A stretch of DNA of 56,324 bases. Origin: an uncultured Brevinematales bacterium. Lineage in GTDB: Bacteria; Spirochaetota; Brevinematia; Brevinematales; JAOACQ01. This document shows, piece after piece, positions 17,436 to 26,115 of this stretch. The notes under the pieces were generated by a model. That model did no database searches. It was given only the letters and a program-made list of their open reading frames with translations, and was not told the DNA's origin. Each line of letters opens with the position of its first letter. Within the stretch, counting starts at the first letter, position 1. The stretch spans positions 1-56,324 of the forward strand of contig CAYMRH010000003.1 of assembly GCA_964392785.1 (NCBI GenBank), in the 5' to 3' direction. The position numbers and the translations under genes are program-made.

Positions 17436-19550
17436 ATGGAAGAACTCGTCCGGGACCTTGTCCGTTCCAAGAAATCCATCGACCAGGCCGCGTTCGTCAC
17501 CAAACGGGACGGGCGCGTGTCCGAATTCGACGCCGCCAAAATCGCCACCGCGGTCCACAAGGCCTTCCAGGCCACCGGCGAGGGCAACTACAACCAGGCC
17601 TGGGAAATCACGGCCATCGTGGTGAGCAAGCTCGACAAAAGCGTGGTGGAAATCGAATACATCCAGGACGTGGTGGAAGACACCCTCATGAACATGGGTT
17701 TCCGCCGGACGGCCAAGGCCTACATCCTCTACCGCGCCAAGCGGAACGAACTCCGGAACATCAGCAAAACCCTGAACGAAAGCCTGAATATCATCGAGAA
17801 TTACGTGAATCTGCGCGACTGGCGCGTGAACGAAAACTCCAACATGAGCTATTCCCTCCAGGGCTTAAACGCCCACGTGTCTTCCTCCATTACCGCAAAC
17901 TATTGGCTTTCCAAGATTTACACGCCGGAGATCGGCGAAGCCCACCGGTCCGGGGCCATCCATATCCACGACCTGGGGTCGCTTTCCGCCTACTGCGTGG
18001 GCTGGGACCTGGAACAGCTTCTGATCCAGGGTTTCGGCGGGGTCCCGGGAAAAATCGAGAGCGCGCCCGCGAAACACTTCCGCACCGCGCTGGGCCAGAT
18101 CGTGAATTTCTTCTACACCCTGCAGGGCGAGGCGGCCGGGGCGCAGGCGTTCGCCAATTTTGACACGCTGCTCGCGCCGTTCGTCCGTTACGACGGGCTC
18201 GCGTACGAGGACGTCAAGCAGGCCCTCCAGGAATTCGTCTTCAACCTGAACGTCCCCACGCGCACCGGTTTCCAGACGCCGTTCACCAACATCACCTTCG
18301 ACCTGGTGTGCCCCGGCATCCTGCGCGACAAGGGCGTGATCGTGGGCGGGGAAATCCGGGAGGAAACCTACGGCGATTTCGCGAAGGAGATCGAGTGGAT
18401 CAACCGCGCCTTTGCGGAAGTCATGCTGGCCGGGGACTCGAAAAACCGCCCGTTCACGTTCCCCATTCCGACCTACAACGTCACGAAAAGTTTCGACTGG
18501 TCCAACCCGGCTTACGACGCCATCTGGGCCATGACGGCGCGTTACGGAACGCCCTACTTCAGCAACTTCATCAATTCCGACATGAACGAGGAGGACGCGC
18601 GCAGCATGTGCTGCCGGCTCAGGCTGGACAACCGCGAGGTGAGGTCCCAGCTGGACCGCGTGTCCGCGGCGTCCGGCCATTCCGGAGACGAAGCGTCTTC
18701 CGGCGCCCGTCGCGGCGGGCTTTTCGCCGCCAACCCCATGACCGGCTCGATCGGCGTGGTGACCGTGAATCTGCCCGTGATCGCCTTCGAAGCGGCGGAC
18801 GAAGCCGATTTCTTCTCGCGCCTGCGCCACATCATGGAAGTGTCCAAGACATCGCTGGAAATGAAGCGCAAGGCCGTGGAGGAACTCACCGGCAAGGGAC
18901 TCTATCCCTACACGCGCATATACCTGAAGGACATCAAAAAGCGCAGCGGCCGCTTCTGGACCAACCACTTCTCCACCATCGGCCTCATCGGGATGAACGA
19001 GGCCGCCATGAATTTCCTGAAAGTCCCGTATCATTCCGCCGAGGGCCGCGCGTTCGGGCTGAAAGTCCTGGACTTCATGCTGTCCGTCCTGGAAACCTTC
19101 AAGAAGGAAACGGGCAATCTCTACAACCTGGAGGCGTCCCCCGCGGAAGGCGCGAGTTACCGCCTGGCCAAGGCGGACCGGAAAAAGTATCCGGACATCC
19201 TCGCGTCCGGTTCCGAGGAAACGCCCTACTACACCAACTCCGTGCACCTGCCCGTGAACGCCACGGACGACATCTTCGAGCTCCTGGACCACCAGGACGA
19301 ACTGCAGTCGCGTTTCACCGGCGGCACGGTCATCCATATTTTCGTGGGCGAGAAGATCACGGACCCGAAATCGGTGGCCAGCGTGGTCAGGACCGTCGCC
19401 ACCCGGTACCGCCTGCCCTATTTTTCCATCACGCCCACGTTCTCCGTGTGCCCCGTTCACGGCTACATTGCCGGCGAACACCCGTGCTGCCCCATGCCGC
19501 ACACGGAACAGGAACTGAAACAGTACGGCAAATACATCGAAGCGATCTGA
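17436..19550 (+). CDS. nrdD: Anaerobic ribonucleoside-triphosphate reductase (class III RNR) catalytic subunit, lacking the glycyl-radical tail
   Basis: Preferred start is the ATG at 17436 (MEELVRDL) after GGAGGGGA; the listed 17385 is a TTG. NrdD-typical blocks include GGVPGKIESAPAKHFRTALGQIVNFFYTLQGEAAGAQAFANFDTLLAPFV. It ends after a Cys-rich stretch SVCPVHGYIAGEHPCCPMPH without the RVxGY glycyl-radical motif. Confidence 0.85.
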   Translation: MEELVRDLVRSKKSIDQAAFVTKRDGRVSEFDAAKIATAVHKAFQATGEGNYNQAWEITAIVVSKLDKSVVEIEYIQDVVEDTLMNMGFRRTAKAYILYRAKRNELRNISKTLNESLNIIENYVNLRDWRVNENSNMSYSLQGLNAHVSSSITANYWLSKIYTPEIGEAHRSGAIHIHDLGSLSAYCVGWDLEQLLIQGFGGVPGKIESAPAKHFRTALGQIVNFFYTLQGEAAGAQAFANFDTLLAPFVRYDGLAYEDVKQALQEFVFNLNVPTRTGFQTPFTNITFDLVCPGILRDKGVIVGGEIREETYGDFAKEIEWINRAFAEVMLAGDSKNRPFTFPIPTYNVTKSFDWSNPAYDAIWAMTARYGTPYFSNFINSDMNEEDARSMCCRLRLDNREVRSQLDRVSAASGHSGDEASSGARRGGLFAANPMTGSIGVVTVNLPVIAFEAADEADFFSRLRHIMEVSKTSLEMKRKAVEELTGKGLYPYTRIYLKDIKKRSGRFWTNHFSTIGLIGMNEAAMNFLKVPYHSAEGRAFGLKVLDFMLSVLETFKKETGNLYNLEASPAEGASYRLAKADRKKYPDILASGSEETPYYTNSVHLPVNATDDIFELLDHQDELQSRFTGGTVIHIFVGEKITDPKSVASVVRTVATRYRLPYFSITPTFSVCPVHGYIAGEHPCCPMPHTEQELKQYGKYIEAI

Positions 19551-19588
19551 CAGGCGAAAGTCGCGCCTGAGCATAGTGGAGGGGAGTC

Positions 19589-19738
19589 ATGACCGAACAG
19601 AAGGAAAAAAAGCTCGTCGTTCCCACGGAAGTTTATTCCCGCGTGGTGGGCTACTACCGCCCCGTCCAGCACTGGAACACCGGCAAACAGCAGGAATTCG
19701 GGGAACGCAACACCTACGAAAAGAAACTGGGCTTGTAA
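19589..19738 (+). CDS. Small ORF carrying the class III RNR glycyl-radical motif (detached NrdD C-terminal tail)
   Basis: 49 aa: MTEQKEKKLVVPTEVYSRVVGYYRPVQHWNTGKQQEFGERNTYEKKLGL. RVVGYY fits the glycyl-radical loop consensus RVxGY. Its own GGAGGGGAG ribosome-binding site lies 5 nt upstream. It is in a different frame from nrdD and separated from it by 38 nt. Confidence 0.5.
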   Translation: MTEQKEKKLVVPTEVYSRVVGYYRPVQHWNTGKQQEFGERNTYEKKLGL

Positions 19739-19807
19739 TACCGCCGTTTCCAGCGGCTTCAAACGCCCCGGATTGAAAAAGATCGAGCGTCCGTTCGGGA
19801 GCGATTT

Positions 19808-20455
19808 GTGTTTAAGGGCATCCGGAGATCTTCCCTGATCGACTTTCCCGGCCTTGTCTGCGCCACGCTGTTTACGGGCGGCTGCAATTTTGACTGCCCG
19901 TGGTGCCACAACCGGGAACTGGTGGACCCGCACCTTCTCAATTCCATGCAGGACATTCCCGAAGACATGATCCGCGAATTCCTGGTTTCCCGCAGGGGAA
20001 AACTGCAGGGCGTTTGCGTCACGGGCGGCGAACCCACCCTGTGGGGCCGGAAACTGGGCGAATTTTTCACCTGGTGCAAGGACACCGGTCTCCAGACCAA
20101 GCTGGACACCAACGGCTACCTGCCGGACACCCTGGCCGAATATCTGGACGCGCGGGTCCTGGATTTCGTGGCCATGGACCTGAAAAACATTTTTCCCAAA
20201 TACTCCGAAACCGCCAACCTCCCGGACCTGGATCTGTCCCGGATCAAACGGTCCGTGGAACTGATCCGCAAAAGCGGCGTTCCGCACCAGTTCCGCACCA
20301 CGGTCGTACCGGGCCTGGTCGTGGAAAGCGAGGTGCGCGAATTTTTCAGCGATCTGGGGGAAGCGGTCGTGTTCCAGGAGTACCGGGAGCCGGTTCAGGA
20401 AGCGGTTGACAGGGGAACCGGGCCTTTACCCCGGGAATCCTCCCGTTCAGAATAA
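19808..20455 (+). CDS. nrdG: Anaerobic ribonucleoside-triphosphate reductase activating protein (radical SAM)
   Basis: GTG start. Radical-SAM cluster motif CNFDCPWCHN and a glycine-rich VCVTGGEPTL. Confidence 0.85.
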   Translation: MFKGIRRSSLIDFPGLVCATLFTGGCNFDCPWCHNRELVDPHLLNSMQDIPEDMIREFLVSRRGKLQGVCVTGGEPTLWGRKLGEFFTWCKDTGLQTKLDTNGYLPDTLAEYLDARVLDFVAMDLKNIFPKYSETANLPDLDLSRIKRSVELIRKSGVPHQFRTTVVPGLVVESEVREFFSDLGEAVVFQEYREPVQEAVDRGTGPLPRESSRSE

Positions 20456-20545
20456 CCTATCCCGCATTTTAACACTTCCGTTTCTGCCCGAAATCCCGGT
20501 CCAATAACGAAAATCCTTTCGTACACAGGTCAAATGGATCAAAAG

Positions 20546-20575
20546 TTGACAGTGTGCGTACACTTATACTATAAT
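20546..20575 (+). promoter_or_regulatory. Candidate promoter of the MerR-like gene with a dyad in the spacer
   Basis: TTGACA (20546-20551), an 18 nt spacer containing the imperfect dyad GTGTGCGTACAC, then TATAAT (20570-20575). Set in an AT-rich 150 bp intergenic region. The gene starts at 20605. Confidence 0.4.
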
Positions 20576-20604
20576 CTATAATTAACATATTCGTAAAGGG
20601 TTGC

Positions 20605-21297
20605 ATGGAAGAGCATTTGACACTGAACGACATCCTCTCATCGAGCCAACTGAGCGTCAATGACGTGATCGTACTGATGGACGAAGGCGTGATCAGCACG
20701 ATTGGCGAACCCCGGGAAGACAGCGAATGGTATTTTGCCCGCGATTCCCGCGCCGTGGTCATGTCCGTGGACAACCTCATGACCATGGGCTACCCCCTCA
20801 AAGACGCCGTCAAAATCGTGAAAAACTTCGGTAATCCGGAAAACAGGAAAAACCCCTCCGAGACCAGGCGCAACCGCAAGATCCTTTTTACCCCCAGCGA
20901 ACTGGCGCGGCTGTTCGCCGTATCCCCCCGGGCCGTGAAATACTGGGAGGAAAAACAGCTCATCCGCCCGTTCAGCCGGTCCAAGAGCGGCATCCGTTTC
21001 TACCATAAAAAAACCAAGATCGAGATCATGCTCCTGAAGGCCTTCCAGAGCCTGGGTTTTTCCCTGGACAAGATCAAGGTCTTCCTGGATTTGTACAACT
21101 TCATCCTGGAGGACGTGCCGGGAAAAAAGCCCGACACGAACAAGATCCAGAACTTCCTGGCCAACCTGGACTCCCTGGACCGAAAACTCGCCGAATTCGA
21201 AACCTCCGTCGAGTCGCTGAAAAAACTGTCCGGCAAGGGCCGGCAAAAGCTCAATCTCTACCTGAAACGGGACGCCCAGAAGGGAGACAAGTCATGA
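20605..21297 (+). CDS. MerR family transcriptional regulator
   Basis: Helix-turn-helix LFTPSELARLFAVSPRAVKYWEEKQLIRP with a long coiled-coil-like C-terminal region. Its stop overlaps the start of the downstream ferredoxin gene (ATGA). Confidence 0.7.
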   Translation: MEEHLTLNDILSSSQLSVNDVIVLMDEGVISTIGEPREDSEWYFARDSRAVVMSVDNLMTMGYPLKDAVKIVKNFGNPENRKNPSETRRNRKILFTPSELARLFAVSPRAVKYWEEKQLIRPFSRSKSGIRFYHKKTKIEIMLLKAFQSLGFSLDKIKVFLDLYNFILEDVPGKKPDTNKIQNFLANLDSLDRKLAEFETSVESLKKLSGKGRQKLNLYLKRDAQKGDKS

Positions 21298-21506
21298 GGC
21301 ATAAAGTCCTGATCGATCCCGAAATCTGCAAGGGCTGCCGGCTCTGCGTGCCGGAATGCCCGAAAGGCATCCTGTCCGTGGCGGAAAAATTCAATTCCAG
21401 GGGCTGGCAGTTCGTGGAAGACAACGGGAAAGATGCCTGCATCGGCTGCAAGAAATGCGCGATCGTCTGCCCGGACGTGGCCATCCGCATAGTCCGGGAG
21501 GATTGA
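21294..21506 (+). CDS. 2-oxoacid:ferredoxin oxidoreductase delta subunit (2x[4Fe-4S] ferredoxin)
   Basis: 70 aa with two CxxCxxCxxxCP clusters (CKGCRLCVPECP, CIGCKKCAIVCP). Confidence 0.75.
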   Translation: MRHKVLIDPEICKGCRLCVPECPKGILSVAEKFNSRGWQFVEDNGKDACIGCKKCAIVCPDVAIRIVRED

Positions 21507-21507
21507 C

Positions 21508-22560
21508 ATGGAAAAGACCGTCTTCATGAAAGGCAACGAGGCCATGGCCGAAGGCGCCATCCTGGCCGGCTGCCGTTACTATTTCGGCTACCCCATCACC
21601 CCCCAGAACGAAGTTCCGGCCTATATGTCCTGGCGCCTGCCCCAGGTGGGCGGCACGTTCGTCCAGGCGGAAAGCGAAGTCGCGTCGATCAACATGGTGT
21701 TCGGCAGCGCCGCGGCCGGCGGAAGGGCCATGACCAGCACATCCTCTCCGGGTTACAGTCTCATGCAGGAGGGCGTGTCCTATCTCGCGGCGGCGCAACT
21801 GCCCTGCGTGATCGCCAACGTGCAGCGCGGCGGCCCGGGGCTGGGCAACATCGCGGCCGGTCAGGCCGACTACTTCCAGGCCGTGAAAGGCGGCGGGCAC
21901 GGGGATTACCGCCTGATCGTGCTGGCGCCCAATTCCCCGCAGGAAATGATGGACCTGACCATGCTGGCCTTCGACCTGGCCGACCGTTACCGCATACCCG
22001 TCCTGATCCTGTCCGACGCCATCGTCGGCCAGATGATGGAAAGCGTCACGCTGCGCACGGACCGCAAACCCGAAACGACCCCGAAACCCTGGGCGCTTAC
22101 CGGCGCCTCCGACCGCCCCAAGAACGTGGTCCGGTCCCTGTGGCTGGACGACGACGGCGTGGCCGTCAACAACGACATCCTCCAGAAGAAATACCGGTCC
22201 GTCGAGGAACAGGAAGTCCGCTTCGAGAGCTTCCGGACCGAAGACGCGGAAGCGGTCGTGGTCGCCTACGGCGCCAGCGCCCGGATCGCGTACGGCGCGG
22301 TCCAGCAGGCGCGCGAAAAAGGCCTGAAAGCGGGACTCCTGCGGCCCGTCACGCTCTACCCCTTCCCGTCCCGCGAAATTGAACGGCTCGCCAACAGCGG
22401 AGCCAAAAAATTCCTGGTGGTGGAAATGAGCGCGGGCCAGATGGTGGAAGACGTGAAACTGGCCCTGAACGGAAAGGCGGCCGTGTCTTTCTACGGGAAA
22501 ATGGGCGGGAAATTCCCGGAAGAAGAGATCGTGGCGGAAAAGATCGCCGCCCTTTTTTGA
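21508..22560 (+). CDS. 2-oxoacid:ferredoxin oxidoreductase alpha subunit
   Basis: 350 aa. GNEAMAEGAILAGCRYYFGYPITPQNEV is the KorA/PorA/OorA N-terminus. Confidence 0.85.
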   Translation: MEKTVFMKGNEAMAEGAILAGCRYYFGYPITPQNEVPAYMSWRLPQVGGTFVQAESEVASINMVFGSAAAGGRAMTSTSSPGYSLMQEGVSYLAAAQLPCVIANVQRGGPGLGNIAAGQADYFQAVKGGGHGDYRLIVLAPNSPQEMMDLTMLAFDLADRYRIPVLILSDAIVGQMMESVTLRTDRKPETTPKPWALTGASDRPKNVVRSLWLDDDGVAVNNDILQKKYRSVEEQEVRFESFRTEDAEAVVVAYGASARIAYGAVQQAREKGLKAGLLRPVTLYPFPSREIERLANSGAKKFLVVEMSAGQMVEDVKLALNGKAAVSFYGKMGGKFPEEEIVAEKIAALF

Positions 22561-22585
22561 TCCGGGAATCCGGACAGGAGCGTAT

Positions 22586-23383
22586 ATGCCGGCACACACC
22601 GTATTTGACAAACCGGTCAGCCTGACCGAAAAACCCTTCAGCTACTGCCCGGGGTGCGGCCACGGGACCGTTCACCGGCTGATCTGCGAGGTGGTGGACG
22701 AACTGGGCGTGCGCGAAAAAACCGTGGCGATCGCGCCGGTGGGTTGCGCCGTTCTGGCGTACGACTACTGGGATTTTGACGTGAGCGAAGCCGCCCACGG
22801 CCGCGCGGCCGCCGTGGCCACCGGAATCAAGCGCACCCTGCCGGACCGGCTGGTGATCTGCTACCAGGGAGACGGGGACCTCGCGTCCATCGGCATGGCG
22901 GAAACCATCCACGCCGCCAACCGCGGGGAAAACTTTACCGTCATCTTCATCAACAACACCAACTACGGCATGACGGGAGGCCAGATGGCCCCCACCACGG
23001 TCGTGGGCCAGAAAACCGCCACGACTCCCGCCGGCCGCAATCCGGCCACGGAAGGGTATCCCATCCGCATGGCGGAACTGGTCTCGGGACTGGAGGCGGT
23101 GAAATATTGCGTCCGGACCACCGTGGCGGACTTCAAGGGCATCATCCAGACCCGCGCGGCCATCAAAAAGGCCTTTCAGCTCCAGCTGAACCCGGGCGGT
23201 TATTCCTTCGTGGAAGTCCTGTCCAACTGCAACACCAACTGGGGCCTTTCGCCCTCGGAATCGAACCGGTATATCATGGACGAACTGGTCAAAACTTTTC
23301 CCCTGGGCGTATTCAAGGACCAGACGGCCGGCGGCGCGCGAAGCCAGAAGGCCGCGCGGGAAAAAGCGGAGATGGCGTTATGA
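22586..23383 (+). CDS. 2-oxoacid:ferredoxin oxidoreductase beta subunit (TPP-binding)
   Basis: CPGCGHG and the TPP motif GDGD...NNTNYGMTGGQ. Confidence 0.85.
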   Translation: MPAHTVFDKPVSLTEKPFSYCPGCGHGTVHRLICEVVDELGVREKTVAIAPVGCAVLAYDYWDFDVSEAAHGRAAAVATGIKRTLPDRLVICYQGDGDLASIGMAETIHAANRGENFTVIFINNTNYGMTGGQMAPTTVVGQKTATTPAGRNPATEGYPIRMAELVSGLEAVKYCVRTTVADFKGIIQTRAAIKKAFQLQLNPGGYSFVEVLSNCNTNWGLSPSESNRYIMDELVKTFPLGVFKDQTAGGARSQKAAREKAEMAL

Positions 23384-23916
23384 CCAGCCGGATCATTCTT
23401 TCGGGTTTCGGGGGCCAGGGCGTTTTGTCGGCCGGAACGATGATCGGCGAGGCGGGCATGGCGCAGGGCTTGAAATCCACGTTTTACCCGTCCTACGGCG
23501 CGGAAATGCGGGGCGGCACGGCCAACTGTCACGTGATATTGTCCGACGGGCCCATCGCATCCCCCGTCATTTCCTCGAACGCGGATATCCTGATCGCCCT
23601 GAACAAACCGTCCCTGGACAAATTCCTGCCGCGCACAAAGGAGGACGGACTGGTCCTTCTGAACACATCCGTCGTCAGGGAGGCGGTGGACACCGGAAAA
23701 CGGACGGTGATCCGCATGCCCGTGGAGGAACTGGCGCTGGAAAAGATCGGCAACCCCAGAATGGCGAACGTGATCCTGCTGGGCGCGCTGGCCAAGGCGA
23801 CCGGACTTTTGAAACTGGACGAACTGAAAAAATCCATCGCGGAAAAGTTCAAAAAGAAAGGCGATCAGGTGGTCCAATTGAACTGGAAAGCTTTGGAGTT
23901 AGGATATCAGTATTAG
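23380..23916 (+). CDS. 2-oxoacid:ferredoxin oxidoreductase gamma subunit
   Basis: Start ATG at 23380 overlaps the beta stop (ATGA). MTSRIILSGFGGQGVLSAG is the gamma-subunit N-terminus. The delta-alpha-beta-gamma order matches OorDABC/KorDABG-type operons. Confidence 0.8.
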   Translation: MTSRIILSGFGGQGVLSAGTMIGEAGMAQGLKSTFYPSYGAEMRGGTANCHVILSDGPIASPVISSNADILIALNKPSLDKFLPRTKEDGLVLLNTSVVREAVDTGKRTVIRMPVEELALEKIGNPRMANVILLGALAKATGLLKLDELKKSIAEKFKKKGDQVVQLNWKALELGYQY

Positions 23917-24021
23917 TTGTCAGTTGTCAGTTGTCAGTTGCTAGTTTCCAGTGGATATTGGAAAAATGTTGTTCTTTAATACCGGCAACTGATCACTGAC
24001 AACCAGCAACTGACCACTCGC
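23917..24021. repeat. Heptamer-repeat palindrome (GTTGTCA)n and inverted copy between the oxidoreductase operon and the DEAD-box helicase gene
   Basis: TTA GTTGTCA GTTGTCA GTTGTCA GTTGCTA GTTTCCA GTGG, a ~30 nt centre, then CAACTGATCACTGACAACCAGCAACTGACCACTCG (inverted heptamers). Likely a bidirectional terminator or regulatory hairpin. Confidence 0.5.
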
Positions 24022-25305
24022 CTACCGCCGTCTCCTGCCGAACCCGCCGCGTCCCCGGCGTCCGCCGGAATGCCAGGATCGGGGCGCGCCCTTGGGTCCC
24101 CTGCTCTCTTCCGGGTAAGCCACAAACTCCTCCGTGGGCATTTCGGGATGACGGATCAGCGGAAGCTGCATCCGGATCAGCCGTTCGATGTTGGCCACGT
24201 CGTTCTTCTGGTCCGGTGTCGCGAAGGAAATCGCGCGTCCGGCGCGTCCCGCGCGGGCGGTACGGCCTATGCGGTGCACGTAATTTTCCCCCTCGTCGGG
24301 CAGGTCGAAATTCACGACCAGTTCGATCCGGGACACGTCAATGCCGCGCGCCGCGATATCCGTGGCCACGAGCACGCGGTAATAACCCGTCTTGAAGCCC
24401 TGCAGGGCCTCCTTTCTCTGGTTCAGCGAACGGTCGGAATGGATTTCCGCCGCGGAGTACCCCATGTCCCGCACGCTTTTGGCGATCTTGCGCGCGCGGA
24501 ACTTGGTGCGCGTGAAAAGCAGGACGGAGCCGGGATACTGCTGCAGGACTTTCTTCAACAGCCCCGTTTTCATGTCCTGGGACACGATATAGAGTTCCTG
24601 CGTGACGCGGTCCACTGTGGTTCCCGCCGGCGCCATTTCCACGTGCACGGGCAGTTTCATGTTATTTTCCACCATCTGGAGGATTTCCTCGGGCATGGTG
24701 GCGGAAAACAGCATGGTCTGGCGTTCGCGCGGAACGGACGCGAGGATCTTTTCCACCTGGGGCGCGAAGCCCATGTCCAGCATGCGGTCCGCCTCGTCCA
24801 GCACCATCATGCGCACTTTGTCCAGCCGGACCGTCCTGCGTTCCAGGTGGTCGATCAGACGGCCGGGCGTGGCGATCAGAATGCGCGGATGACGGCGCAG
24901 GTGGTCCATCTGGACGTTCATGGACGCGCCGCCGATCAGGCACGCCGTCCGGATCCCGAACGGCAGGGCGATGTGTTTCGCGGCTTCGTCGATCTGCAGC
25001 GCGAGCTCGCGGGTGGGAGCCAGGACAAGACCCGTGAAGTCGCCGCCCATGCGCGTCAGGTTCTGGACCATGGGAACGATGAACGCGTGGGTTTTCCCCG
25101 TACCGGTCTGGGCGATGCCGATCACGTCTTTGCCTTCCAGCGCCATGGGAATGGCGCTCGACTGGATGGGCGTGGGGTTCTGGAATTTTATCTTGTCCAG
25201 GATTTCCAGGATCTTGGGGGCTATCCCCAGCCCGAAAAATCCCTGACGGGATTCCGCGGGCGGTGTGTTTTCCGGGTTGTGGTTGTGGGTGTTGATGCCG
25301 AACAT
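24022..25305 (-). CDS. DEAD-box ATP-dependent RNA helicase (RhlE/DeaD-like) with an RGG-rich C-terminal tail
   Basis: Q-motif region, AQTGTGKTHAF (motif I), DEAD, SAT and HRIGRTARAGRAG (motif VI). C-terminus RSWHSGGRRGRGGFGRRRR. Confidence 0.9.
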   Translation of the reverse strand: MFGINTHNHNPENTPPAESRQGFFGLGIAPKILEILDKIKFQNPTPIQSSAIPMALEGKDVIGIAQTGTGKTHAFIVPMVQNLTRMGGDFTGLVLAPTRELALQIDEAAKHIALPFGIRTACLIGGASMNVQMDHLRRHPRILIATPGRLIDHLERRTVRLDKVRMMVLDEADRMLDMGFAPQVEKILASVPRERQTMLFSATMPEEILQMVENNMKLPVHVEMAPAGTTVDRVTQELYIVSQDMKTGLLKKVLQQYPGSVLLFTRTKFRARKIAKSVRDMGYSAAEIHSDRSLNQRKEALQGFKTGYYRVLVATDIAARGIDVSRIELVVNFDLPDEGENYVHRIGRTARAGRAGRAISFATPDQKNDVANIERLIRMQLPLIRHPEMPTEEFVAYPEESRGPKGAPRSWHSGGRRGRGGFGRRRR

Positions 25306-25424
25306 GATTCAAACCTCGTATCAGTCATGATGTTTTAACCGTTTATTATAAGAGAAAAACGGAAAAATCGGAATGAAATTTCCGGATTTATTTTCAGGCG
25401 GGAAGGAGCGGCCGGTTCGTTAAT

Positions 25425-25522
25425 CGACAGTTGCCAGTTGCCGGTTCCCGACCCGTGTTCGGGGCCGTTCACTGACAACTGGCAACTGATAACTGATTAA
25501 TGACAACTGATTACTGACAACT
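25425..25522. repeat. Second heptamer-repeat palindrome (GTTGCCA / TGACAAC units) in the 5' leader region of the helicase gene
   Basis: CGACA GTTGCCA GTTGCCG GTTCCCG acccgtgttcggggc CGTTCAC TGACAAC TGGCAAC TGATAAC TGATTAA TGACAAC TGATTAC TGACAAC. Same heptamer family as 23917-24021. Confidence 0.5.
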
Positions 25523-26054
25523 ACTTCTTAGCCGTCTCAGAAACCAGTTTTCCGACCACAGGGCGTTTGGACAATACGCCCTTGCCGTGCGGCGCGCCCT
25601 TGATCCGAGCGGTTATATCCGTCCCGATCTTTCCGCCGCGGTGTTCGCCTTTGGACCAGGCGCCCACGCCCGTCATGTCGTACACCAGTCCGTCCACGGA
25701 CAGATACATGGGCCGGCCGTCCTTGCCGTCATACTGGGCCAGTTCTTCGGCGGTAAACGCCGGGACCAGTTTGCCGACCACAGGCCGTTTGGACAATACG
25801 CCTTTTCCGTGCGGCGCGCCCTTGATCCGAGCGGTTATATCCGTCCCGATCTTTCCGCCGCGGTGTTCGCCTTTGGACCAGGCGCCCACGCCCGTCATGT
25901 CGTACACCAGTCCGTCCACGGACAGATACATGGGCCGGCCGTCCTTGCCGTCGAACTGGACCAGCTCGTTCGTCGTGAAATAGTTCGTGTTCCCGGCAAA
26001 CGCGATAGCGGCCGCGGTCAGGACCAGGCCCAGCGCCGTCAGTATTCGTTTCAT
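25521..26054 (-). CDS. Secreted protein with two tandem cytochrome b5-like heme/steroid-binding domains
   Basis: Signal peptide MKRILTALGLVLTAAAIAFA. Two nearly identical 74 aa units (FT.EEL.QYDGKDGRPMYLSVDGLVYDMTGVGAWSKGEHRGGKIGTDITARIKGAPHGKGVLSKRPVVGKLV) encoded by a near-perfect 222 bp tandem DNA duplication. Confidence 0.6.
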   Translation of the reverse strand: MKRILTALGLVLTAAAIAFAGNTNYFTTNELVQFDGKDGRPMYLSVDGLVYDMTGVGAWSKGEHRGGKIGTDITARIKGAPHGKGVLSKRPVVGKLVPAFTAEELAQYDGKDGRPMYLSVDGLVYDMTGVGAWSKGEHRGGKIGTDITARIKGAPHGKGVLSKRPVVGKLVSETAKK

Positions 26055-26115
26055 AGGTTATCCTCCGTTCTGATTTTCGTTACAACCGCCCCGGCCGGAT
26101 CCGGGACATCCGGTT

